Shown here: in pieces, positions 1-8,643 of the stretch | How the letters are laid out: each line of letters starts with the position of its first letter | How positions within the stretch are numbered: position 1 is the first letter of the stretch | Assembly: GCA_045564015.1 (NCBI GenBank) | Contig: JBJLIB010000015.1 | Span: 1,913-65,912, forward strand | DNA length: 64,000 nucleotides | From: Gammaproteobacteria bacterium | GTDB lineage: Bacteria; Pseudomonadota; Gammaproteobacteria; Magnimaribacterales; D2472 | Direction: 5' to 3' | Notes under the pieces: generated by a model | Databases searched by the model: none | What the model saw: only the letters and a program-made list of their open reading frames with translations | What the model was told of the DNA's origin: nothing | Made by a program: the position numbers and the translations under genes

Positions 1-538
1 AGCTTCCATGAGGCACTTTAAACGCCTCCACAGATATATTTATATCTTTGAATACCAAACCCTCTTTTAAAAGATGGAAATTATATTTATAACCAATAGT
101 GTTTGATGGTTGAGTTCCATGGATTCTATAATTTATATCCTCTTCAAAAGCCTGCAGCGTTGATTCAGCCATTTTCTCTAAACCGATAGGACCAAATAAA
201 TTGATTCTTTTATTACGTCCCATAATCCAAGGCGTCAGCAATAAGTCAGCTAAACCAGCTGTATGATCTGAATGAATATGAGTTAAAAACGCATGCTCAA
301 TATTTTTGACTGTCATAGCTGTTATTTCACCTCCCCACTCTGGAGAAAAGCTAGCCATACTTCTTATTACACCGGAACCAAAATCAATTAAATATGCTTT
401 ATCATTTACTACTACCGCATAAGCAGATCCATTTCTTTGAGGATCAGGATTTGGAGTCCCAGAACCCAAGACGATTAATTTAGTTGATGCATTTAAGAGT
501 AATGGCAAAAGAATTAAAGGTAGAAATATTTTTTTCAT
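1..538 (-). CDS. MBL-fold metallo-hydrolase (RNase Z/ElaC-like), probably secreted. Truncated by the window edge.
   Basis: I translated the minus strand by hand from the ATG at 536-538. It gives MKKIFLPLILLPLLLNASTKLIVLGSGTPNPDPQRNGSAY...FLTHIHSDHTAGLADLL. The N-terminus is hydrophobic and signal-like. The HxHxDH metallo-beta-lactamase motif is present as HIHSDH. The frame stays open to position 1. Confidence 0.7.
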   Translation of the reverse strand, partial: MKKIFLPLILLPLLLNASTKLIVLGSGTPNPDPQRNGSAYAVVVNDKAYLIDFGSGVIRSMASFSPEWGGEITAMTVKNIEHAFLTHIHSDHTAGLADLLLTPWIMGRNKRINLFGPIGLEKMAESTLQAFEEDINYRIHGTQPSNTIGYKYNFHLLKEGLVFKDINISVEAFKVPHGS

Positions 539-595
539 GTTAGGTATAAGAGATTACAATTTATAATAAATCATACATTTAATTGTTTATAAACA

Positions 596-1066
596 ATGTC
601 AGAATATCAATCAATTCCAGAAATAATGCAATCAGCCGTCACCCCAGTTTTTCTATTAGCTGGAATAGGAGCATTATTAAACGTTATGACCGGAAGGCTT
701 GGCAGGATCATTGATAGGCTCAGATATCTTCAAAGTTTCCTTGTAAGAGTTTCTGAAGATGACAAAGAAATCATGTTGTTAAATCGTAAAAGGTTAATTT
801 TTCGCACAAGATTGATTAATACATCAATCTTTTTTTGCACTCTTAGTGGATTAATAGTCTGCATTGTCATTGGTACGTTATTTATTGGAGGTATTTATAA
901 AATTTCTTTAGGTGGGTTTATTTCTTTTGCATTTATACTTTGCATGCTCTGTTTAATACTGTCTTTAATTTCCTTAATCTGCGAAATTTTATTTGCAACT
1001 AGGACGTCTCGTAAAAATATACTTGCAACCGAATCAATAATTTCTAAATATCTTCATGACAAGTAA
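596..1066 (+). CDS. DUF2721-like integral membrane protein
   Basis: 156 aa. The N-terminal segment TPVFLLAGIGALLNVMTGRLGRIIDRLR plus two C-terminal TM helices resemble the DUF2721 family as I remember it. Confidence 0.5.
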   Translation: MSEYQSIPEIMQSAVTPVFLLAGIGALLNVMTGRLGRIIDRLRYLQSFLVRVSEDDKEIMLLNRKRLIFRTRLINTSIFFCTLSGLIVCIVIGTLFIGGIYKISLGGFISFAFILCMLCLILSLISLICEILFATRTSRKNILATESIISKYLHDK

Positions 1067-1568
1067 TCAAAAATCTTTACAAACATCTATTTCACTTATT
1101 GGAATGGCAGGGGCAGGGAAGTCCTCTTCAGGGCTTGCACTTGCATCAAAAACAGGCATGAATTTTGTTGATAGCGATCAATTAATTGAAACTCAATATA
1201 AAGAGAGTTTACAGAGCATCTTGGACAAATATGGCTATATAAAACTTAGAAAGATAGAGGAGTCAGTTTTATCCAATATAGATTTTCATCAAACAATTTT
1301 AGCAACAGGTGGTAGTGCGATATATAGCTCTAAAGCAATGGAGTATCTGCTAGCAAACTCATGCATAATTTTTTTAGATGTCCCACTTGAACTAATTCTT
1401 AAAAGGGTACCAAGTTTTTTAGACAGAGGTTTTGCAAAAGAGCCTTCTCAAAGCATTGAGGATGCCTTTGCTGAAAGACAAGAACTTTACAAGAAATATT
1501 CACACCACACCATTCAAAATACGCACGACATCAAGTCATGCGTGACCAAGATTATAAATTTATTTTAA
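1056..1568 (+). CDS. aroK: shikimate kinase
   Basis: Walker A is LIGMAGAGKSS, followed by FVDSDQLIE (the shikimate-binding DSD motif) and LATGGSAIY (the GGG-type motif). Size is 170 aa. It is colinear with E. coli AroK. Confidence 0.6.
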   Translation: MTSNQKSLQTSISLIGMAGAGKSSSGLALASKTGMNFVDSDQLIETQYKESLQSILDKYGYIKLRKIEESVLSNIDFHQTILATGGSAIYSSKAMEYLLANSCIIFLDVPLELILKRVPSFLDRGFAKEPSQSIEDAFAERQELYKKYSHHTIQNTHDIKSCVTKIINLF

Positions 1569-1618
1569 ATCTTAGTTAATAAATAAATTAACAGGATGAC
1601 TAATAAGCTTTATATCGA

Positions 1619-2440
1619 CTATCTTTTATTCTTGATAATATCAAGAACACCAATCACATTTCCATATTCACGTTTGTCTGCATACTGCCCTTCAATCCCA
1701 GCAAGTTTAAGCCGATTTTCAATGCCATGAATGACCATTGATAAATAAGATGTTCTTCCAAGGAAACATACTTTTTTTGAACCAATTAATAGCGCATTTA
1801 GATAGGCTACTGTTCCAATGACCTCACCAATCATATTGCATAATGCAGCCGAGGTATTTTCTATGGTATTTGCAGACGCAATTTTTGCCTGACCAAAATT
1901 TACTGCAGTTAAATCAGGCGACAAACCACCAATTTTGTTAACAACATCACCAATTAAAAAATCAAGCTTACCTTTTAACCCTTTTTCAGCAAAATGATTG
2001 ATCTCTCCTCCATCACCATTGTTAAATAATAGATGTCCAAGGCCTTCAAGCATGCCTCCACCCACAGCAATTCCACCAAGGTGGTAAAAATTATCGCCTT
2101 GGACATTAACACATGCTGTTCCTGTTCCAGCACTGACAACCAAGCAGGATTCATCTTTAAAACCATAAAGTGTCTTCGCACCTTGACCAATTGCATCTAT
2201 TTCATTAATTTTTTTAATTGGGATATTTTTAATTACATCGTCAAGATCAGATGATTTCCCTCCAGTAACACCAATAAGTTCAACCTGATTTAATGAAATA
2301 TCAATCCGTTTAAGAATATCTTCTATTTGATGTTTAGTAAGATCTTTAGTATCTGTTGGGAAGCTGTGAAAGTGAGTAGATTCTCTTTGAAATATAGCAA
2401 GGTCTGTATTTGAAATGCCAAAGTCAAAAGCAACATACAT
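1619..2440 (-). CDS. ASKHA-fold kinase, type II pantothenate kinase-like (fumble/CoaW type)
   Basis: Motifs are FDFGISNTDLA (phosphate-1), VSAGTGTAC, GGIAVGGGMLEGLGHLL, DLTAVNFG and GEVIGTVA. They lie colinear with S. aureus type II PanK (GIDAGGTL, VGTGTS, GGIGTGGGMIQGLGYLL, DLTAANFG). Confidence 0.55.
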   Translation of the reverse strand: MYVAFDFGISNTDLAIFQRESTHFHSFPTDTKDLTKHQIEDILKRIDISLNQVELIGVTGGKSSDLDDVIKNIPIKKINEIDAIGQGAKTLYGFKDESCLVVSAGTGTACVNVQGDNFYHLGGIAVGGGMLEGLGHLLFNNGDGGEINHFAEKGLKGKLDFLIGDVVNKIGGLSPDLTAVNFGQAKIASANTIENTSAALCNMIGEVIGTVAYLNALLIGSKKVCFLGRTSYLSMVIHGIENRLKLAGIEGQYADKREYGNVIGVLDIIKNKR

Positions 2441-2649
2441 TATTTTTTTGTATCACTATCTACTTCTTCAGCTTCACCTTCAATTATTTTTGAACCATCT
2501 TTGTTTTGACGGATGTTTGGCTTGCGTGAGCGGCCCCAGTTAATCCTGTCATCTCTATCCAGTTGTTTTTTTGAGGCCTTAATTTTTCCAAGGTTCATAA
2601 AAACAAACAATGAAAAAATAGCTAAAAGACTAAAAAAAATAGTATTCAT
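2440..2649 (-). CDS. small single-pass membrane protein, hypothetical
   Basis: 69 aa with an N-terminal TM helix and a charged tail. Its start abuts the stop of the upstream gene at 2649/2650. Its TAA stop overlaps the downstream ATG by 1 nt (TAATG at 2438-2442), which suggests translational coupling. Confidence 0.35.
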   Translation of the reverse strand: MNTIFFSLLAIFSLFVFMNLGKIKASKKQLDRDDRINWGRSRKPNIRQNKDGSKIIEGEAEEVDSDTKK

Positions 2650-3390
2650 TTATCTGCTTCTTAATTTCATCAAGAGACGTAGAATTTCTATATACAGCCA
2701 TACTAAAGTGACCATTAGCGAAAAAGCTCCATACCATTCCATATATTTTGGCAGACCGCGTTCAGCTCCATCTTCTATAAAATCGAAATCTAGGACAAGG
2801 TTAAGTGCGGCTATCCCAACAACAAATAATGAAAAACCGATTCCAAACAACCCATTGGAGTGAATAAAGCCTATGCTTGAGCCAAAGAAAGACATAATAA
2901 AGCTAACCAAGTACAAGAGAGCAATTCCCATGGTGGCTGAGAAAAGCATCAGTCTAAAATTTTCAGTTGGTTTAATTATGCCGCTTTTATAACAGAACAA
3001 TAAAGAAGCCAATATTCCAAAAGTTAATCCAATAGCTTGAATTCCAATTCCGGGATATTGCATTTCAGCCAGGACTGTAATTCCACCTAAGGCCACACCT
3101 TCAAAGGCAGCATAAAATGGAGCAGTTGAACCTGCTTTTGCTGGACTTCTAAATATAGTCACGAATGCCAGAATGGTTCCTATTATTAAACAAGGAATTG
3201 CTAATACTGGAATATTCCAGCCGACAAAGGCTCCACCAAAACACAAAGCAAGCAATACACCTGTTTTGTTTACAGCACCGTCAAGTGTCATCCGTTCGGC
3301 CTGAGGAAGATCTCTCGTATTTTCAAAATTTCTGACAAAGGCAGGGTTTCCAGACCTACCAAAAGTATTTAATGCAGAGTGTTTGGACAT
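2650..3390 (-). CDS. Bax inhibitor-1/YccA family membrane protein
   Basis: 246 aa with about 7 TM helices, a soluble N-terminus (SGNPAF) and a charged C-terminal tail. This architecture is typical of the BI-1/YccA family. Confidence 0.65.
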   Translation of the reverse strand: MSKHSALNTFGRSGNPAFVRNFENTRDLPQAERMTLDGAVNKTGVLLALCFGGAFVGWNIPVLAIPCLIIGTILAFVTIFRSPAKAGSTAPFYAAFEGVALGGITVLAEMQYPGIGIQAIGLTFGILASLLFCYKSGIIKPTENFRLMLFSATMGIALLYLVSFIMSFFGSSIGFIHSNGLFGIGFSLFVVGIAALNLVLDFDFIEDGAERGLPKYMEWYGAFSLMVTLVWLYIEILRLLMKLRSR

Positions 3391-3450
3391 TAATTTCTCC
3401 TTTAAAAAACTATTATGAATTATTTATGGTCTTTTAGACAAATTTAAAGA

Positions 3451-4491
3451 TCAAAGCTTATTTATCCAATTTTTAATCAGCTCAATCCCTGCTTCGTCCG
3501 CTAAGGCTCTTCCAGATTCTGGCATCATGATACCTGGATCCAATGAGTTCATTCTAAAAAGCATAATTGAATCATCTGCATGACCAGGAACTATGGAGTA
3601 TTTTAAATTACCGCTTGCTCGACCTGCTGCTACTGGTTTTTTATATATTCCTAGTTGTTCACGATTTACTTCAGTGTAATTTAAATACAATCCTGTGGTA
3701 TCTGCGGAGCCTCCAGGAATATGACAATGTCCACAATTAATATCAAGGTATGCTCTTGCTCGATCATCTAAAGATGCATTGACATCTGTGTAACTAGATA
3801 TCGAATTTGAATCAAGTTTGCTATCAATCCATCCCAATGCTGCCCAATAAAGCAATTGATTCATCTCTCCTGAGCGATAATCTAAGACTTTATTCATATT
3901 TCTTGCTTTTGGACCGATAGGAGTCATAACTTTATTAACTTGATGGCATTCTTTGCATTGATTCTGATTAGGGGCTCGATAGCGAACATCCACTATTTTA
4001 CCTGAAGAGTCTGTAAACGAAGTTGGTATTGTTGCCCCAGCAATAGCCCTCTTTGCATCAGTTTGCTCTGCATTCCATACATAGCTAGTCGCTTTCCAGC
4101 CTGCATTAGTATTAATTAAGAGGCGAGTTTCAAGCAATTGCTGTTCCATTGGACCATTGTTGTTTAGGTAGGCAAAGGTTTTGATTAGAGTAGATCCAAC
4201 AGGAAAAATAAAAACTTTATCTTTTACATAACCCAATTTCTGTCCCTCAGGAACATATACAAAACGCAGTTTATCTGTTTGATCAGAAAACAAAGGATTA
4301 ACAAGAGAGTATGGATGCACATCTTTAGATGGAATTTGATTTTGCATATCTTGAAAAAAACCAAATTCAGAAAGAAATCTTGGAGCTTTAGAAAAATCTT
4401 CTAAATTGAATGCATTGGAGGTGTAGGCTTGGGATGAAAAGCAAATCAAGAAAATAACTAGCAGGTAAGATTTTTTAAAAGGTTTCATCAA
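3451..4491 (-). CDS. exported dihaem c-type cytochrome (SO_2930/HNE_0200-like family)
   Basis: Signal peptide is MMKPFKKSYLLVIFLICFSSQAYT. There are two CxxCH haem-binding motifs, CKECH and CGHCH. The start overlaps the upstream beta-helix gene by 17 nt. Confidence 0.7.
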   Translation of the reverse strand: MMKPFKKSYLLVIFLICFSSQAYTSNAFNLEDFSKAPRFLSEFGFFQDMQNQIPSKDVHPYSLVNPLFSDQTDKLRFVYVPEGQKLGYVKDKVFIFPVGSTLIKTFAYLNNNGPMEQQLLETRLLINTNAGWKATSYVWNAEQTDAKRAIAGATIPTSFTDSSGKIVDVRYRAPNQNQCKECHQVNKVMTPIGPKARNMNKVLDYRSGEMNQLLYWAALGWIDSKLDSNSISSYTDVNASLDDRARAYLDINCGHCHIPGGSADTTGLYLNYTEVNREQLGIYKKPVAAGRASGNLKYSIVPGHADDSIMLFRMNSLDPGIMMPESGRALADEAGIELIKNWINKL

Positions 4492-5713
4492 ACTCTACTC
4501 TTGCTAGCGGTGAGATTTCTCCATTAAATTCATTAATGTTTAAGGTTGCAGGATCTAAAAACGGAACCATATATCCGATGGGTTTGATTGCTAGAAAGGT
4601 AGCATCTCCATTGTTAGTAATAATCATTTTTTCATCTTCAGGTTGACCAAAAATTATCTGAGATATTGGCACTAAGCCATCCCAAAATATATCAGGCATA
4701 TTCCCATCTGAAAGCTCAAAAAGTATTTCGGCTAATTCTCCCTTGCTCGTATCAGGGTTATATCCAGTTGGACCGAATTTATTTCCATGGATCTGAATAG
4801 ATTTCGGGTGAGGGTAGTAAGTCACATCGTCTGTTTCATTTCCGTAAGTAACAACTGCAATATTTACCGTGTCGTTGTCCCCAATTTCATTATTAAAGAT
4901 CTCCACATTTGAATTTGCTTGAATAATAACTCCTGTACCTCTTGGCACCTCGCCTACGATATTTCCTTCCGGAGCAAAGTTATCAGTATTATTTCCAACG
5001 GAGCGGTTATTAAATACTCTTATGTGATGCCCGCCTTGTTGGGGCAATCCCGGTAGATCAAAAACCAAAATCCCGCCAGTATTATTAGTTGCAACATTGT
5101 TAAAAACATCTGCATAGTATGAGTTTTCTATTTCAATACCGGCAACATTGAATTCCGCTCTACTATTCCTAACAATTATATTTTTTGATTGTCCAACATA
5201 GATCCCAGCATCTGATGCACCAATTGCAATACAACCATCAATCAATACATTAGTTGATTCAACTGGATATAGACCATAGGCTCCATTTTCTGAGTTTGGC
5301 CCGTTCGTCCATTCAGTTTTTACTCTTAAAAACTTGATGTTGGTTACACCCTTAACTTTAATGGCATCTCCTTTAGCATTTTGGATAGAAAAATCCTGGA
5401 GGGTTACGTTATCTGAAGTAACGCTGAGTCCTTGGGCGCCACTTTGTTGATCGGCAAAGTTAAGAATGGTTTGATTCATTCCCTCTCCCTCAATTTGAAC
5501 TCCTTCAACATCGAGCGATAAAGAGTCTTGCAGATTAAATATGCCTGAGGTGAGCCGAATCACATCACCGGGTTCGGCTAATATTAGAGCCTCTTGAATA
5601 TCCTCATATGCATTTTCAGATGGCTGAATAATTTGTACAGCAGGGTATATCGTGCTACTAAAAAAGAGTAACCCAACTATAATCTGATTAGATAGCTTGA
5701 GGAATTTCACCAA
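4475..5713 (-). CDS. exported parallel beta-helix repeat protein (NosD-like, TIGR03805-like)
   Basis: TTG start followed by a signal-like N-terminus (KFLKLSNQIIVGLLFFSSTIYPA). About 22-residue G/N/I-rich repeats recur (NVLIDGCIAIGASDAGIYVGQS, NIIVRNSRAEFNVAGIEIENS, ADVFNNVATNNTGGILVF...). It overlaps the upstream gene by 26 nt. Confidence 0.7.
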   Translation of the reverse strand: MVKFLKLSNQIIVGLLFFSSTIYPAVQIIQPSENAYEDIQEALILAEPGDVIRLTSGIFNLQDSLSLDVEGVQIEGEGMNQTILNFADQQSGAQGLSVTSDNVTLQDFSIQNAKGDAIKVKGVTNIKFLRVKTEWTNGPNSENGAYGLYPVESTNVLIDGCIAIGASDAGIYVGQSKNIIVRNSRAEFNVAGIEIENSYYADVFNNVATNNTGGILVFDLPGLPQQGGHHIRVFNNRSVGNNTDNFAPEGNIVGEVPRGTGVIIQANSNVEIFNNEIGDNDTVNIAVVTYGNETDDVTYYPHPKSIQIHGNKFGPTGYNPDTSKGELAEILFELSDGNMPDIFWDGLVPISQIIFGQPEDEKMIITNNGDATFLAIKPIGYMVPFLDPATLNINEFNGEISPLARVEFDETF

Positions 5714-6809
5714 ATTTTTCTAGAGGTTTTTCAAGCTCATCCCAATTACATTCGAAATCATCTGGAGCATTTTCATACTCAAGTAAACCCAATGCCTCAA
5801 ATTTTGGCCTAACTTTATCTGTTAAAAGTCCTATTCTTGCAAGGTTAGGCATAATTCTTGAGAACAAGAAATTTCTAAAAGTCGCATTAGCTGACGTTGA
5901 TAAGGCAAATTCCCTGGCTTCATCCTCAGACATTTTCAGGTATTTTTGCATCGCCGTTGTGTTGATAAGTCTCTCTCTAGAGATGACACAAGCTTCATAA
6001 GCAAACTCTGCCCTATCCTCAATCTCCTCAGGGCTTAAAGTTTTTATAAAGTCCTCAAGATAATTAATTCCAAAGGTGACATGTCTGGCTTCGTCGCGAA
6101 TTACGTAATGTAGCAGTTGAGTCAAAAGAGGATCCTTAGATAGTCCCTTTAACATTTGAAAGGCAGCTAGAGCCAAGCCCTCTATAACAATTTGCATGCC
6201 AATAAATTTGAGGTCCCATCTTTCATCTGTAAGAATTTTGTCAAGCAATAATTTTAGATTTTTATTGATAGGATAATGCATGCCTATTTTTTCCTGAAGA
6301 TACCTATTGAAAACTTCAACATGTCTTGCCTCATCAAATGTTTGTGATGCTGCATATAACTTTGCATTGTAAGTAGGTGCACATGAGGTTAGTTGAGATG
6401 CAACAAGGAGTGCCCCTTGTTCTCCATGAAGGAACTGACTTAATAATTCAGCAGTATCATGGCGGTCAAACTCAATCTTTTCTTCATCGCTTAAATTTTC
6501 GTATGCTTCAAGAGTTTCATGGGGCAAGTCTTCATCTGCCTGAATAAGTCTTTCGTTGGCTGGATGGGTATAATCCCAATTTAGGTCTATAGAACCATTC
6601 CAGTTTAACTCCTTACCAAGCTCATAAAGCTTTTTAATTCTATTGTCAGCAACAGTGTAATCCCAGTTATATGCACCAGTTAATGGTGTATTGAATATTT
6701 CAACAACATCTTCAACTTGAGCAGGAGTGAGATTTAATTCGTTTTCAACCTCTAAAGTCTTAAACTTCAAGATATCATTTGGCGGCCCGTCTGTTTTGGT
6801 AATTTTCAT
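5688..6809 (-). CDS. ferritin-like di-iron carboxylate oxygenase (AurF-like superfamily)
   Basis: The E...ExxH...E...ExxH ligand pattern is present as HGEQGAL, FDEARHVEVF, IVIEGLAL and IRDEARHVTFG. There is no signal peptide. A GAGGGAGAA Shine-Dalgarno precedes the ATG. Confidence 0.65.
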   Translation of the reverse strand: MKITKTDGPPNDILKFKTLEVENELNLTPAQVEDVVEIFNTPLTGAYNWDYTVADNRIKKLYELGKELNWNGSIDLNWDYTHPANERLIQADEDLPHETLEAYENLSDEEKIEFDRHDTAELLSQFLHGEQGALLVASQLTSCAPTYNAKLYAASQTFDEARHVEVFNRYLQEKIGMHYPINKNLKLLLDKILTDERWDLKFIGMQIVIEGLALAAFQMLKGLSKDPLLTQLLHYVIRDEARHVTFGINYLEDFIKTLSPEEIEDRAEFAYEACVISRERLINTTAMQKYLKMSEDEAREFALSTSANATFRNFLFSRIMPNLARIGLLTDKVRPKFEALGLLEYENAPDDFECNWDELEKPLEKFGEIPQAI

Positions 6810-6831
6810 TTTCTCCCTCGTAAATTCCTAA

Positions 6832-6850
6832 ATGTTTACAGTGTAAACAT
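6832..6850. promoter_or_regulatory. perfect 9-1-9 palindromic operator ATGTTTACAGTGTAAACAT (candidate TetR-family binding site)
   Basis: Read directly from the sequence. Its reverse complement is identical apart from the central base. It lies 23-41 nt upstream of the di-iron oxygenase ATG and 5 nt downstream of a TATAAT. Confidence 0.6.
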
Positions 6851-6855
6851 AGTCA

Positions 6856-6884
6856 ATTATATTCTTTTTTTCAATCATTGAAAA
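6856..6884 (-). promoter_or_regulatory. candidate sigma70 promoter of the di-iron/beta-helix/cytochrome operon
   Basis: The minus strand reads TTTTCA-N17-TATAAT, with -35 at 6879-6884 and -10 at 6856-6861. The -35 lies inside the last codons of cobT. Confidence 0.4.
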
Positions 6885-8640
6885 GTTCGGTCAGTTTATC
6901 TAGCAATGCTTCTGCTAATTCTTCCGCTCTGTTGATAGTTATTGATTTATCATAATATTTTGTCACATCGTGCCCAATACCAATTGCAAGGAGTTCTACA
7001 TTGCTTTGAGTTTCAATCGTATGAATAATTTGACGTAAGTGGTTGTCTAGAAAATTACTATGATTTGTAGATAGAGTACTGTCATCTACAGGCGCTCCGT
7101 CTGAGATAACTATTAATATCTTTCTTTCTTCATTCCGTTTACTTAATCTTTGATGCGCCCAAGCTAAGGCTTCGCCATCAACATTTTCTTTTAATAATCC
7201 CTCTCGTAACATTATGCCAAAACTTTTCCTGGCCTTTCTAAAATTATCTTCCGCTGATTTAAAAATAATGTGCCGTAAATCATTTAAACGACCAGGATTA
7301 GACGGGCTGCCTTGATTAACCCAGGCTTTCCTTGATTCGCCACCTTTCCAATGTTTTGTAGTAAATCCGAGCAGTTCTGTTTTCACGTAACACCTTTCCA
7401 GAGTACTTCCAATTATATCCCCACAAATTGCTGCCAAGGTCATAGATCGACCTCGCATTGAACCTGAGCTATCTATTAATAACGAAACAACAGTATCCTT
7501 GAACTTACTCTCGCTTTCTTGCTTAAAGCTTAGTGGATCTCCTGGTCGAGTAATGACTCTATGTAGTTGAGCTGTATCTAATAAACCTTCTTCAAGATTA
7601 TAATTCCAACTTCTGTTTTGTTGGGCCTGCAGCAATCTTTGTAACCTATTGGCTAATTTGCCAATTGTTGTTTGATGCGGGGCAATCAGTTGATCAAGTT
7701 GCAATCTTAGTCTTTGAGATTCTTCAGGAGTTGCTAATTCAATTGCATTGATAACCTCATCAAACTGAGAAGTAAATATTTTATAATCTTCATAATTAGT
7801 TTGATCTAAGTCTTCATTATAATTTCTTGTTAAATCTATTTCTTCATCAATTGACATGGAATCAATTGAAGCTTGAACTTCTTCTAGTATTTCACTTTCT
7901 TCATCAGCAGTCCCCTCTGCCTGCGATTCAATTGTTTGCTCTTCAACATCCTCTTCAGTTTGAGGTTGTTGTGATTCAGAATCTTGAGCATTCTCTTGAG
8001 ATGGTTGATCCTCAGAGGACTCTTGATCACCTTGAGTTGCTGGTTCATGCATGAGATCTAAATCCTTCATAAGATCAAGAGCGATGGATTGAAAATCTTC
8101 TTGAGAGTTCTGAGCCTCAATTAATTCCTTACCAACCTTATTAATGTTTATGGGGATAGAGGAAAGAAAAGCATTTACAGTATTCTTGCTATCCTCAGCT
8201 AAGCTTTCTCCATTAAGCTCTTTCAACCAAAGGTTTGCAGCCAATGGATTGAATGGAGGAACTTTATTGTCAATTCCCTTTTTTGCTTGAGTATTGAGAT
8301 AAGCATTTAAATTAATTTTGGCGCCAGGAAATTTTTTTCCTCCAATCATTTCAACTCTACAAAGCTCAAGTTCAGTAAAAAAATCTCTTGCAACCTTTGG
8401 CATTTTCAAAGAAGCATGCTCTTTGTGGAAGGCCTGCCAAAATGCTTGAAAATCTCCTTCCCCTCTCCATGCATCAACTTGAGAGGATGATCTTGGAGGG
8501 TATTGCAAAGAAATTTGTAATGAAGAGGGAGGGCGACTAGAAGCCTGCGATGTACTTTCTAGGTCTGAGTTTTTAGATACCGCCCTAGCAGTTGAGAGAG
8601 CAGCTTGCTTAAATTCTTCTCGATTCTTAACCCAACTCAT
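6871..8640 (-). CDS. cobT: CobT-like vWA-domain protein (aerobic cobaltochelatase subunit T family)
   Basis: 589 aa. It has a long central acidic low-complexity linker ([30 protein letters not shown]...). The C-terminal vWA domain carries the MIDAS motif [11 protein letters not shown]. It is paired with cobS immediately upstream. Confidence 0.8.
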   Translation of the reverse strand: MSWVKNREEFKQAALSTARAVSKNSDLESTSQASSRPPSSLQISLQYPPRSSSQVDAWRGEGDFQAFWQAFHKEHASLKMPKVARDFFTELELCRVEMIGGKKFPGAKINLNAYLNTQAKKGIDNKVPPFNPLAANLWLKELNGESLAEDSKNTVNAFLSSIPININKVGKELIEAQNSQEDFQSIALDLMKDLDLMHEPATQGDQESSEDQPSQENAQDSESQQPQTEEDVEEQTIESQAEGTADEESEILEEVQASIDSMSIDEEIDLTRNYNEDLDQTNYEDYKIFTSQFDEVINAIELATPEESQRLRLQLDQLIAPHQTTIGKLANRLQRLLQAQQNRSWNYNLEEGLLDTAQLHRVITRPGDPLSFKQESESKFKDTVVSLLIDSSGSMRGRSMTLAAICGDIIGSTLERCYVKTELLGFTTKHWKGGESRKAWVNQGSPSNPGRLNDLRHIIFKSAEDNFRKARKSFGIMLREGLLKENVDGEALAWAHQRLSKRNEERKILIVISDGAPVDDSTLSTNHSNFLDNHLRQIIHTIETQSNVELLAIGIGHDVTKYYDKSITINRAEELAEALLDKLTELFND

Positions 8641-8643
8641 TTA

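Noticed and set aside
2513-2863. A 116-aa + strand ORF spanning the junction of the BI-1 gene and the small membrane ORF.
   Set aside because: It is antisense to two well-packed minus-strand genes and has no motifs. The ORFs at 1975..2196 and 2033..2254 inside the PanK-like gene are rejected for the same reason.
7827-8054. A 75-aa + strand ORF opposite the cobT acidic linker.
   Set aside because: It is the antisense of a GAA/GAT-rich low-complexity region and so gives a Leu/Phe/Gln-rich artefact. It has no start context.
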